Sequence record: SRR31156797_2571
Direction: 5' to 3' (one strand)
Length of the DNA: 63,582 bases
Below the pieces are notes generated by a model. The model did no database searches and was not told the DNA's origin. It saw only the letters and a program-made list of their open reading frames with translations. Positions 10,084 to 19,030 of this stretch are shown one piece after another; positions within the stretch are counted from its first letter, which is position 1, and every line of letters starts with the position of its first letter. A program made the translations under genes and the position numbers.

Positions 10084-11211
10084 ATGAAGATTGAGAAAAT
10101 TGAACGCATCGCCTGTCGCTTGCCCCTCAAACAATCCTTTGTGACAAGTTACGGACAATTAACAGAAAAAGCCTTTGATCTTTATTTGGTGACGGCAGAG
10201 GAGGGAACGGTGGGCATCGGTGAATTGGTCGCTTTTGAGCAGCCAGATTACATTGAAGAAACCCTCTTTTCTGCTCGACAAGTGATTGAAACAGCACTGA
10301 TCCCATTATTGATTGACCAGGAGATCGAGCATCCGCAAGAAGTTTGGCAATTGTTTCAAACGGTCCAAGGAAACTACATGGCAAAATCGGCTTTGGAAAC
10401 AGCAATTTGGGATCTATATGGCAAGCAAACGCATCAAAGTGTGAAAGAGCTGTATACCGCGACCCGACCGAGTGTCGCTGTTGGCGTTAGTATCGGCATA
10501 CACGACTCTGTCGAAAAACTAATGGCTCTTGTTGCCGCTTATGTCGCCCAAGGGTATCAACGAATCAAGTTAAAAATCAAGCCGGGGCAAGATGTGGCAC
10601 CCTTGCGAGCGATTCGACAAGCCTTTCCAGAATTGCTTTTGATGGCAGATGCAAACGGAGCCTATCAGAGTGAGCCAGAACGCATTTTGGCACTGGATGA
10701 CTTAGGCTTGGTGATGATCGAGCAACCCCTTAAGGTACGAGATCTGTTGGGGCACAGTCAGCTGCAGCGGCAGATGAAGACGCCTCTATGTTTAGATGAA
10801 GATATTCGAACGGCAGAAGACGTCGATACAGTCGCAGCACTGGACAGCTGCCGTGCGATCAACCTGAAAATCCCCCGTGTCGGTGGGATCACCGAAGCTT
10901 TGCGAATCCTTGATCGATGTCAAACCCATGGACTGCTTGTTTGGTTAGGCGGCATGTTTGAGTCTGGTGTAGGACGAGCCATGAATTTGCAATTTGCGAG
11001 TCAAGATATTTTCCATTTTCCCGGGGACCTTTCCGCTTCTGACCGTTACTTTTATGATGATGTCATTACACAGCCTGCAACTTTGCATAAAGGAAAGCTG
11101 CTGGTACCTGATGGAGAGGGCTTTGGTATCACGTTAGCTGAAACAAAGCTAAGTCAATATGGGCAACCTAAAGAACGTATCTACTCAAGAAAAGGATCAG
11201 CGAAAGAATAA
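10084..11211 (+). CDS. menC: o-succinylbenzoate synthase (NSAR/OSBS-type enolase superfamily)
   Basis: KLKIKPG, DANGAY, IEQP, LDE, NLKIPRVGG, GGMFESG. Confidence 0.92.
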   Translation: MKIEKIERIACRLPLKQSFVTSYGQLTEKAFDLYLVTAEEGTVGIGELVAFEQPDYIEETLFSARQVIETALIPLLIDQEIEHPQEVWQLFQTVQGNYMAKSALETAIWDLYGKQTHQSVKELYTATRPSVAVGVSIGIHDSVEKLMALVAAYVAQGYQRIKLKIKPGQDVAPLRAIRQAFPELLLMADANGAYQSEPERILALDDLGLVMIEQPLKVRDLLGHSQLQRQMKTPLCLDEDIRTAEDVDTVAALDSCRAINLKIPRVGGITEALRILDRCQTHGLLVWLGGMFESGVGRAMNLQFASQDIFHFPGDLSASDRYFYDDVITQPATLHKGKLLVPDGEGFGITLAETKLSQYGQPKERIYSRKGSAKE

Positions 11212-11237
11212 CATCAGCCAAAGAAAAACAGCGAAAG

Positions 11238-11281
11238 CAAAAGAAACGGCCAGCAGGGAAATCTGCTGGCCGTTTCTTTTG
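11238..11281. terminator. Bidirectional terminator
   Basis: CAAAAGAAACGGCCAGCAG/CTGCTGGCCGTTTCTTTTG perfect stem between convergent genes. Confidence 0.9.
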
Positions 11282-11283
11282 TT

Positions 11284-12822
11284 TTATTCTGCGTTTTTGA
11301 ATTCTTTTTCAATTTGTAGTCGTTGGACTTTCATGGTTGCTGTTCGTGGGATATCATCGTAGTCGCGTAAAATTGGCTGATTGAGGTGAGGGAGATCTTC
11401 CACCATTTTCCACCAAGCATCCCAATCCATTTCACGATTTGGCGCTAAAGCAATGATAGGTTGTGGTGAGTTCTCTTTGTCGCGAACGATCACAACTTCG
11501 GCAAGGAAGTCTAAATGATCCAGCAAAAGGTCTTCCAAAGCAAGATTGCTTTCAATATTTTTGATCAAGTCCACTTGACGGTCTTTTAAGTAAAGATGTC
11601 CCTGATCATCCATCATGCCGTAGTCACCACTGTCCCACCAAGCGCCATAGACATTGTCAGCAAAACGCTGATCTTCTTTATAATAGGTCAACGCGCGTCC
11701 TTTTGAAAGGAAATGGATGTGCCCATCGGTATTGGCTGGCAGCTCGTTGCCCTCTGCATCGGCGATCCGTGCTCTCGTTAAGTCCTCTAGACCAACACCC
11801 ATATCACGGGCATCGTTGGTAGCGATGCTTTCTAAGGTATGTGCTTTTAGGATCATTGGCCCGCATTCACTTTGACCATAGACTTGCAAAAAGATTGCTT
11901 CTTTTGTTGCTGAAGTATTTAAAAAAGTGGCCATTGTTTGATTGTTGATGGCATCAAAGGTTGAGTGATAGTAACGAATATTGGCGAAAGCATCTGGTTG
12001 TTCTTTTGCCACGAAGCTCCATTGGACAAAATTGTTTGGATGAGTTTCCAAAGCGATTGGTGGATATTCTTTTAACATGCTTACGACATGAGCGCCGTTG
12101 GCATTGGCTAATGGCATCATCGGAAAGCCCATCGCCATCAAGGATGAGATGCCGATATTGAAGCGGGAGTGCACCGGTGAAATATGGAACGCAATTAAAT
12201 CAGAGTCTGCCTTGGTGCGATCAATCTTGGTGAAGATCGTTTTTTGCCATTTTGTCCGCCAGCCCATGGAGTTTGCCGAATGACAAATCAATTTTGGAAT
12301 ACCCGTTGTTCCAGAAGTGTGGGTCATATAGGAAATTTGATCCGCCGGTAACTCAGTTTGTGCCACGGGTTCCGCTGGTTGTTGCAGCAGATGACGAACA
12401 GAAATCTGTTTATCAGTACTGCTATTTTTCACTTGTGCGACGCGGCCTTCGGTTTCTTCATCAAATAAGATGAATGGATCTTCTAAGCGATCCACAAACA
12501 CTTCGATGGTTTCAGCAGGGAAATGGTAAGAGATCATAGCAGGCACTGCGCCAAGGTAAGAAGCAGCCGTTGCTAATAAATAGGTATCGAATTTTGAAGA
12601 TTTATAAAGGATGATTTTATCGCCGGCTTGCACGCCTAGTGCAGCAAGTTGGTAAGCACGTTTTAAAATCATTTCATGACTCGAACGGTAGGTACTACGA
12701 TAGCCAAGTTCAGGAAATGCTGGTAGCACTTCATCGTGGATGATGGTTGTGTCAGGAAATGCCTCGGCAGCTTCTCGGTAATTGGTGTAAAGATTTAATG
12801 GACGATAGTCTAAAATGGTCAA
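11284..12822 (-). CDS. AMP-binding (ANL) acyl-CoA ligase-like protein, substrate unknown
   Basis: HTSGTTGIPK, YGQSE, SGD and PRTATMK motifs; TTG start 8 nt after AAAGGAG. Confidence 0.85.
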   Translation of the reverse strand: MTILDYRPLNLYTNYREAAEAFPDTTIIHDEVLPAFPELGYRSTYRSSHEMILKRAYQLAALGVQAGDKIILYKSSKFDTYLLATAASYLGAVPAMISYHFPAETIEVFVDRLEDPFILFDEETEGRVAQVKNSSTDKQISVRHLLQQPAEPVAQTELPADQISYMTHTSGTTGIPKLICHSANSMGWRTKWQKTIFTKIDRTKADSDLIAFHISPVHSRFNIGISSLMAMGFPMMPLANANGAHVVSMLKEYPPIALETHPNNFVQWSFVAKEQPDAFANIRYYHSTFDAINNQTMATFLNTSATKEAIFLQVYGQSECGPMILKAHTLESIATNDARDMGVGLEDLTRARIADAEGNELPANTDGHIHFLSKGRALTYYKEDQRFADNVYGAWWDSGDYGMMDDQGHLYLKDRQVDLIKNIESNLALEDLLLDHLDFLAEVVIVRDKENSPQPIIALAPNREMDWDAWWKMVEDLPHLNQPILRDYDDIPRTATMKVQRLQIEKEFKNAE

Positions 12823-13016
12823 ATAGAACACTCCTTTAAAAGTTCGTGAAAAACTTCATTTGATTTCTCCATTTTAGCACAGGAATTTCTCGATACAATA
12901 GATTTTCAGTGTTTTTTATTTATTTCTAAAAAATCCTTCCCTCAAAGACTTTCGAAGAATGAATGACTGTGATGTGTTATCATTCATTCCTCGTACTAAG
13001 CGGGAAAAGCGCATAA

Positions 13017-13649
13017 TCAACGGGTGTATTTTACTATAAAATCTTCGATTGGGAGCCGGAAATCCAGATAGCGTGCTTCTAATTCTGCACGACTCCAATT
13101 CCACCAAGCGATTTCTTGTAAAGCAGTGATCGTTTCTGGATCAAAGCGGTATTTGATCACTTTTGCTGGAACCCCGCCGACGATCGCATAAGGCGGCACA
13201 TCTTTGGTTACGACTGCGTTTGAGGCGATCACGGCACCATCACCGACGGTCAAACCAGATTGGATCACGGCACCGTGGCCGATCCAGACATCATTGCCAA
13301 TGACGGTCGTTTTTGCTTTGCGTTTTTCTAAGAAGGACTCGTCCTTTGGCGCAAATCCATAGCCTTCGCCATTATAGGCAAAAAGATGCTGACTAGGGCG
13401 TTCATAGGGATGATTGGTGGGGCCGATGCGGACCATCGCTGCGATACTGATAAAACGTCCTAATTGACTGTTCTGAATAAAGCAATATTGCCCCGTATAG
13501 GTATAATTGCCGATGGAAGAATGATCAATGTGATTGGCTTCGCCAATTTCGACATAGTCTCCTAAAGTTGTGTCTTGAAGCTGCGAGTCTTTGCCAACGA
13601 TCGGCTGTTCATCTGGAAAATTTGTGATCGATAGGTGCATAGTAATCAT
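13017..13649 (-). CDS. Hexapeptide-repeat (XAT/CatB-like) acetyltransferase resembling the phosphonate-associated subfamily
   Basis: [34 protein letters not shown] and C-terminal DFRL...F..KY. Confidence 0.8.
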   Translation of the reverse strand: MITMHLSITNFPDEQPIVGKDSQLQDTTLGDYVEIGEANHIDHSSIGNYTYTGQYCFIQNSQLGRFISIAAMVRIGPTNHPYERPSQHLFAYNGEGYGFAPKDESFLEKRKAKTTVIGNDVWIGHGAVIQSGLTVGDGAVIASNAVVTKDVPPYAIVGGVPAKVIKYRFDPETITALQEIAWWNWSRAELEARYLDFRLPIEDFIVKYTR

Positions 13650-13734
13650 CCTCTCTTGCGTATTGCTATCATTTTACCGCACTTTTTTGTACTATTTGAC
13701 TAATACGCACTAAAGACAAAAGGAGGTCTGCTTT

Positions 13735-14928
13735 ATGGAGACGATTTATCAGTTAGATAAGATGACCGAAACGATAGGTAAGCGAGCAATCAAAAAAGGA
13801 TACTCGTTAAAAAATCAAGCGGCCCCAGAGGCGCTGTTTGTACGCAGTTCAACGGTTCCTAACGAATGGATCACACCAGAATTAGCTGTGATCGCTCGCT
13901 CAGGAACAGGCACCAATACGATCGATTTGGCACGGTGTACTCAAAATGGCACAGTAGTCTTCAATAGTCCCGGTGTCAATGCCAATGCAGTCAAAGAATT
14001 GGTGCTCTCCAATTTGTTTCTCAGCGTTCGCCCCTTATTCAAAGCCATCCAGACGGTAGCCGATTTGCAAGAAGAGGTAACGTCAGGTCAAATTGAAGCA
14101 GAAGATGTGTTGAAGGTAGCTGAAGAACGGCGAAAAGAAGTGATCGGCGAAGAATTAGCTGGAAAAACCATCGGTATTTTAGGCTTAGGAGAGATCGGTG
14201 AACGGGTGGCAAAAGCCTGTCATCAGCTAGGGATGGAAGTCCTCGGCTATGCCCGTACGAAAAAAGCGGCCCACGATTACGAACAAGTCAGTGACTTGCA
14301 CGTACTGTTGGCCGAATCAGATTTTGTAGTGGTTTTGCTCCCTTTAAGTCAGGAAACCAAAGGCATGCTGAATCGACAAACGATTCAGCAGATGAAAAAA
14401 AATGCAGTGTTGATGAATTTTGGGCGCGGGGAGATCGTGGAAGAAGCAGCCGTCTTAGAAGCACTAGCCAAAAATCAGCTCAAACAATACATCACCGACT
14501 TTCCTAGTGCCGGCTTGATCGGACAACAGAAAGTGTTGTGTTATCCGCATATCGGCGGCAGTACTACCAATGCCTTGGAAAAGGGGGATCACGTAGTTTT
14601 TGATCGCATGCATGCCTATTTGCGCGCTGGGACGATTCAAGAATCGGTCAATTTTCCTCATGCAGAGTTGCCTTTTTTGGCACCGTATCGCTTGGCGCTG
14701 TTTTATCACGACAAGCCTGGTGCTTTTGCCCCGCTATTGCGGATCATTTCTGAAGCAGGCGTAGATATCGATAATTTGGCGAGTGAGAGAAAAGCCGGAG
14801 TCGCCTATACCTTGATTGATCTTGATGAGACAAATGAAATACTGCTGCAAGATCTACAGAAGCAGATACAGCAAGAAACAGCGGTCATCCGTGCCCGCTT
14901 GATCAAAAATTCGCGAACCAGTGAATAG
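13735..14928 (+). CDS. D-2-hydroxyacid / 3-phosphoglycerate dehydrogenase-like protein with C-terminal ACT domain
   Basis: NSPGVNANAVKEL, GILGLGEIG, NFGR, TDFP, PHIGGST, SVNFP and ACT-like HDKPG. Confidence 0.8.
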   Translation: METIYQLDKMTETIGKRAIKKGYSLKNQAAPEALFVRSSTVPNEWITPELAVIARSGTGTNTIDLARCTQNGTVVFNSPGVNANAVKELVLSNLFLSVRPLFKAIQTVADLQEEVTSGQIEAEDVLKVAEERRKEVIGEELAGKTIGILGLGEIGERVAKACHQLGMEVLGYARTKKAAHDYEQVSDLHVLLAESDFVVVLLPLSQETKGMLNRQTIQQMKKNAVLMNFGRGEIVEEAAVLEALAKNQLKQYITDFPSAGLIGQQKVLCYPHIGGSTTNALEKGDHVVFDRMHAYLRAGTIQESVNFPHAELPFLAPYRLALFYHDKPGAFAPLLRIISEAGVDIDNLASERKAGVAYTLIDLDETNEILLQDLQKQIQQETAVIRARLIKNSRTSE

Positions 14929-14982
14929 TTGCCACCAACAATGTTTCTTGTTATGATGAAAAAAAAGTAAAGGAAGTTCATC

Positions 14983-15636
14983 ATGACGAATAAGTTTCAA
15001 GATAAAAAGAAGGTCGCTTTGCCTCGTTATCAGCAGATTGCCGTGGCGATCGCGGAACGAATCGTTGAAAATCGCTACCAAGTTGGGCAAAAGATCCATG
15101 CGCGCTCAACGTTAGCCAGCAATTTCAATGTCTCTCCTGAAACAGCCCGCAAAGCGATCAATGTATTAGTTGATTTAGAAATCATGGATGTCCGTCATGG
15201 CAGCGGCGCCTATATTGCTTCAAAGGAAAAAGCACAGGCCTTTGTTGAACAATACCAAGATGTGCAGTCGATCCAAGAAATCAGACAAGACATTTTAGAC
15301 AGTGTGGAGCGGCAGCAGCAAGAGCTGGATAATTTTTCTGACTTGTTGAACACGTTAGTGCAGCAGACCAAAAAGGTACACCATATGAGTCCGTTTGTGC
15401 CCTTTGAACTTCAGTTGACGGAACAAGCGCAGCATTTGGAAAAAAGTATCAATGAATTGAATATTTGGCAAGCCACAGGGGCGACGATCATCGCAATCCA
15501 AACAACCGAAGAATTGTTGTTGTCACCAGGACCTTATGCGAAATTTAGTGCAGGCAATACGATTTATTTTGTCGGAAATGAACTGGCGTTGCAGCGCATG
15601 ACCAATTTCTTCTATCCAACGGACCATTCAGCGTAA
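14983..15636 (+). CDS. busR: BusR, GntR plus RCK_C (c-di-AMP-binding) repressor
   Basis: PRYQQIA...VSPETARKA wHTH, WQATGATIIAI...LSPGP RCK_C domain; directly upstream of busAA. Confidence 0.9.
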   Translation: MTNKFQDKKKVALPRYQQIAVAIAERIVENRYQVGQKIHARSTLASNFNVSPETARKAINVLVDLEIMDVRHGSGAYIASKEKAQAFVEQYQDVQSIQEIRQDILDSVERQQQELDNFSDLLNTLVQQTKKVHHMSPFVPFELQLTEQAQHLEKSINELNIWQATGATIIAIQTTEELLLSPGPYAKFSAGNTIYFVGNELALQRMTNFFYPTDHSA

Positions 15637-15648
15637 TTCTTTTTCCTG

Positions 15649-15696
15649 ATTCCCATGCTTTTTTTGCAAAAGAAAAAGCATTGGGAAATTTTTTTT
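15649..15696 (+). terminator. Probable busR terminator
   Basis: TTCCCATGCTTTT/AAAAGCATTGGGAA imperfect stem plus T run. Confidence 0.55.
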
Positions 15697-15737
15697 GACA
15701 AAGTGACCACATCTTGTTAAGATAGTATGGTCACTTT
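15695..15737 (+). promoter_or_regulatory. busA sigma-A promoter overlapped by bipartite BusR operator
   Basis: TTGACA-17-TAAGAT with extended TG; inverted repeat AAAGTGACCA...TGGTCACTTT (GTGAC-N22-GTCAC). Confidence 0.85.
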
Positions 15738-15771
15738 CGTGAAATTTTTCAGAAAAAGGAGTATTAATCAT

Positions 15772-16986
15772 TTGAGTAAAGTTAAAGTGGAACACTTAAC
15801 CAAAATCTTCGGTAAGAAAAAGCAGCAAGCTCTTGCCATGGTCAAAGAACAACGCAGCAAAAACGAGATTTTAGAAAAAACGGGTGCCACCGTCGGGGTC
15901 TATGATGTGAACTTTGAAGTCAACGAAGGCGAGATTTTCGTCATCATGGGCCTTTCTGGAAGCGGGAAGTCAACATTGATTCGACTATTGAATCGATTGA
16001 TCGAGCCGTCTGGCGGAGATATTTACATAGATGGCGTGGATGTTGCCAAAATGAGTAAAGAGGAACTACGAGAAGTTCGCCGTCACAAAATCAACATGGT
16101 TTTCCAAAGCTTTGGCCTTTTCCCTCATCGGACAATTTTAGAGAACACAGAATACGGACTAGAAGTCCGTGGGGTCTCGAAAGAAGAACGAACAGCGAAA
16201 GCGGAAAAAGCGTTAGAAAACTCAGGATTGCTTTCTTTTAAAGACCAATACCCTGACCAGCTGTCTGGAGGGATGCAACAGCGTGTGGGACTTGCCCGTG
16301 CGTTAGCCAATGATCCAGAGATCCTCTTGATGGATGAGGCCTTTTCAGCATTAGATCCGCTGATTCGCCGTGAAATGCAAGATGAACTTTTAGAATTGCA
16401 AGCCAATGTTCAAAAAACGATTATCTTTATCACCCATGATTTGAACGAGGCCTTGCGGATCGGTGACCGGATCGCTTTAATGAAAGATGGTCAGATCATG
16501 CAGATCGGTACAGGAGAAGATATTTTGACGAATCCTGCCAACCAATATGTGCGTGATTTCGTGGAAGATGTCGATCGTTCCAAAGTCTTGACTGCGCAAA
16601 ACATCATGGTTCCAGCATTGACGACGAACATCGAGATCGATGGACCAAGCGTAGCATTGAACCGGATGCGGAAAGAAGAAGTCAGCATGCTGTTAGCCGT
16701 CGACAAACGTCGTCACCTAAAAGGAAGCTTGACAGCCGAGTCTGCTCGTGAGGCACGGAAAAACAATCTGACCTTGAAGGAAGTTATTGATAAAAATGTT
16801 AAAAAGATCGATAAAGATATGCTGGTAACGGATATCTTCAATTTGATCTATGATTCGCCTACACCTTTAGCCGTGGTAGAAAACGATCGTTTGATCGGAG
16901 TCGTGATCCGCGGAAGCGTGATTGAAGCGTTGGCTGAGACCGATTCAGCCGTTCAAGCAGAGGAAGGGGTAGTGACAAATGGATAA
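15772..16986 (+). CDS. opuAA: Glycine betaine ABC transporter ATPase with CBS domains
   Basis: [35 protein letters not shown] start after AAGGAG. Confidence 0.93.
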   Translation: MSKVKVEHLTKIFGKKKQQALAMVKEQRSKNEILEKTGATVGVYDVNFEVNEGEIFVIMGLSGSGKSTLIRLLNRLIEPSGGDIYIDGVDVAKMSKEELREVRRHKINMVFQSFGLFPHRTILENTEYGLEVRGVSKEERTAKAEKALENSGLLSFKDQYPDQLSGGMQQRVGLARALANDPEILLMDEAFSALDPLIRREMQDELLELQANVQKTIIFITHDLNEALRIGDRIALMKDGQIMQIGTGEDILTNPANQYVRDFVEDVDRSKVLTAQNIMVPALTTNIEIDGPSVALNRMRKEEVSMLLAVDKRRHLKGSLTAESAREARKNNLTLKEVIDKNVKKIDKDMLVTDIFNLIYDSPTPLAVVENDRLIGVVIRGSVIEALAETDSAVQAEEGVVTNG

Positions 16987-18703
16987 TTTCTTACAACATA
17001 CGATTCCGGTAGCTGATTGGGTCGAAAACTTTACTGATTGGCTAACAGGAACTTTCAGTGGATTGTTTTCAGCCTTACAGTCTTTCGGACAATTTATCAT
17101 GGACGCTATTACAAATGTATTACTGTTTGTACCACCGTTATTAATGATCGTCTTATTGACGGCTGCTGCCTTTTTCGTTTCACGCAAAAAATTTGGCTTG
17201 CCAGCTTTTACTTTTGTCGGGTTGCTGTTCATCTATAACCAAGGGTTATGGACAGACTTGATGAACACCGTCACGTTGGTCTTATTGTCGAGTTTGGTTT
17301 CGATCATCATTGGGATTCCACTAGGAATCTTAATGGCGAAAAGCGAAAAAGCGCAAAGTATCGTGACGCCGATCTTAGACTTTATGCAAACGATGCCTGG
17401 TTTCGTTTATTTGATTCCTGCGGTTGCTTTCTTTGGGATCGGGATGGTTCCTGGGGTCTTCGCCTCAGTGATCTTTGCTCTACCACCAACCGTTCGGATG
17501 ACGAACTTAGGGATTCGCCAAATTTCTCGTGAATTGGTGGAAGCCTCTGATTCCTTCGGTGGGACTGGCTGGCAAAAACTGATCAAATTAGAATTGCCAC
17601 TAGCCAAAAGCACTATTTTGGCTGGGGTCAACCAAACCACGATGCTGGCATTATCAATGGTCGTGATCGCGTCAATGATCGGTGCTCCTGGGTTAGGGCG
17701 CGGCGTCTTATCCGCCTTGCAACGAGCACAAGTCGGTAACGGATTTGTCAGTGGGGTATCCTTAGTTATTTTGGCGATCATCATGGATCGCTTTACCCAG
17801 AATTTGAATCGTTCGGCACATCAAAAAGCAGCCAGCAAGACAAGTCGTAAACAAAAACGTCTTTTTGGCGGGATTGCTGCAGCGGCAGTCGTTGCTTTGA
17901 TTGGCGCATCGTTTGCCTTTGGAAATGTTTCTGACAGCAAAGGCACGGTGAACTTGGCGTATGTCGAATGGGATACGGAAGTTGCATCTACCCATGTGGT
18001 GGCAGAAGTTTTGTCGCAAATGGGCTACGAAGTCAATACGACGCCTTTGGATAATGCCATCATGTGGGAATCGGTGGCAAAAGGGGAAGTTGACGGGATG
18101 GTCGCTGCTTGGCTGCCATCTACGCATCAATCCCAGTATGAACAGTACCAAGACCAAGTTGAAAACTTAGGTCCTAACTTAGAGGGGGCAAAACTGGGGA
18201 TCGTTGTACCAAGTTATATGGATGTTGATTCCATCGCAGACCTTTCTGACGAAGCTGGAAAAACCATCACTGGTATCGAACCAGGCGCTGGTGTTGTAAA
18301 TGCAGCGGAAAATACAGTTGCAACGTATGACAACCTTTCAGATTGGAATGTCGCTACCTCTTCTTCAGGAGCGATGACAGTGGCATTAGGCCAAGCCATC
18401 AAGAACCAAGATGAGATCGTTATTACTGGTTGGTCTCCACATTGGATGTTTGCGAAATATGATCTGAAATATCTGGATGATCCAGAAGGAATAATGGGTG
18501 AAGCAGAAAGCATCAATACTGTTGTACGTCAAGGATTAGCAGATGACATGCCAGAAGTTTACGAAGTACTTGATCGTTTCAACTGGACACAAGAAGATAT
18601 GGAAGAAGTCATGTTAGCAATCAATGACGGAACATCAGCCGAAGATGCAGCCAAAGATTGGGTAGCCAATCACCCAGAAGAAGTTGCTGCTTGGACGAAC
18701 TAA
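16979..18703 (+). CDS. opuAB: Glycine betaine ABC permease fused to substrate-binding domain (BusAB/OpuABC)
   Basis: [17 protein letters not shown] permease followed by YVEWD, WLP, GIEPGAG, WSPHW binding domain. Confidence 0.92.
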   Translation: MDNFLQHTIPVADWVENFTDWLTGTFSGLFSALQSFGQFIMDAITNVLLFVPPLLMIVLLTAAAFFVSRKKFGLPAFTFVGLLFIYNQGLWTDLMNTVTLVLLSSLVSIIIGIPLGILMAKSEKAQSIVTPILDFMQTMPGFVYLIPAVAFFGIGMVPGVFASVIFALPPTVRMTNLGIRQISRELVEASDSFGGTGWQKLIKLELPLAKSTILAGVNQTTMLALSMVVIASMIGAPGLGRGVLSALQRAQVGNGFVSGVSLVILAIIMDRFTQNLNRSAHQKAASKTSRKQKRLFGGIAAAAVVALIGASFAFGNVSDSKGTVNLAYVEWDTEVASTHVVAEVLSQMGYEVNTTPLDNAIMWESVAKGEVDGMVAAWLPSTHQSQYEQYQDQVENLGPNLEGAKLGIVVPSYMDVDSIADLSDEAGKTITGIEPGAGVVNAAENTVATYDNLSDWNVATSSSGAMTVALGQAIKNQDEIVITGWSPHWMFAKYDLKYLDDPEGIMGEAESINTVVRQGLADDMPEVYEVLDRFNWTQEDMEEVMLAINDGTSAEDAAKDWVANHPEEVAAWTN

Positions 18704-18753
18704 CTTCTTTCAAATAAGTGTATTAAATCTTCAATCGATTTTAATGTTGAGTT

Positions 18754-18787
18754 AGCACACATCCGAAAGTGGATGTGTGCTTTTTTT
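18754..18787 (+). terminator. busA terminator
   Basis: AGCACACATCC/GGATGTGTGCT stem plus T7. Confidence 0.9.
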
Positions 18788-19030
18788 GATCGTTTATTTG
18801 CTGCACAAACTTCAGGTATAAAGAAAATGAAAGAATAATGGCCGACGATTTTTGACAAGAGATAGCAAAAAATGGCAAGTCAATGGAATCGCTCGTGTAA
18901 GAAAATAGGAAAGCAAGTGTTTCAAAATCTTATAAAAGTTCGTTCATCAACTTATACAAATTCACGGGGACTTCTATAAAATGAGGGAGAAGGAAGTCGA
19001 GTGCATAGAGAAGGAATTAGGAGGGATTGA

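Noticed and set aside
12957..12990. GAATGAATGA/TCATTCATTC inverted repeat
   Set aside because: It is most simply a weak terminator or stem-loop after the acetyltransferase; there is no evidence for an ncRNA.
13017..13649. Call as a vat/catB antibiotic resistance gene
   Set aside because: The shared hexapeptide fold alone is insufficient; the N-terminus differs and there is no mobile context.
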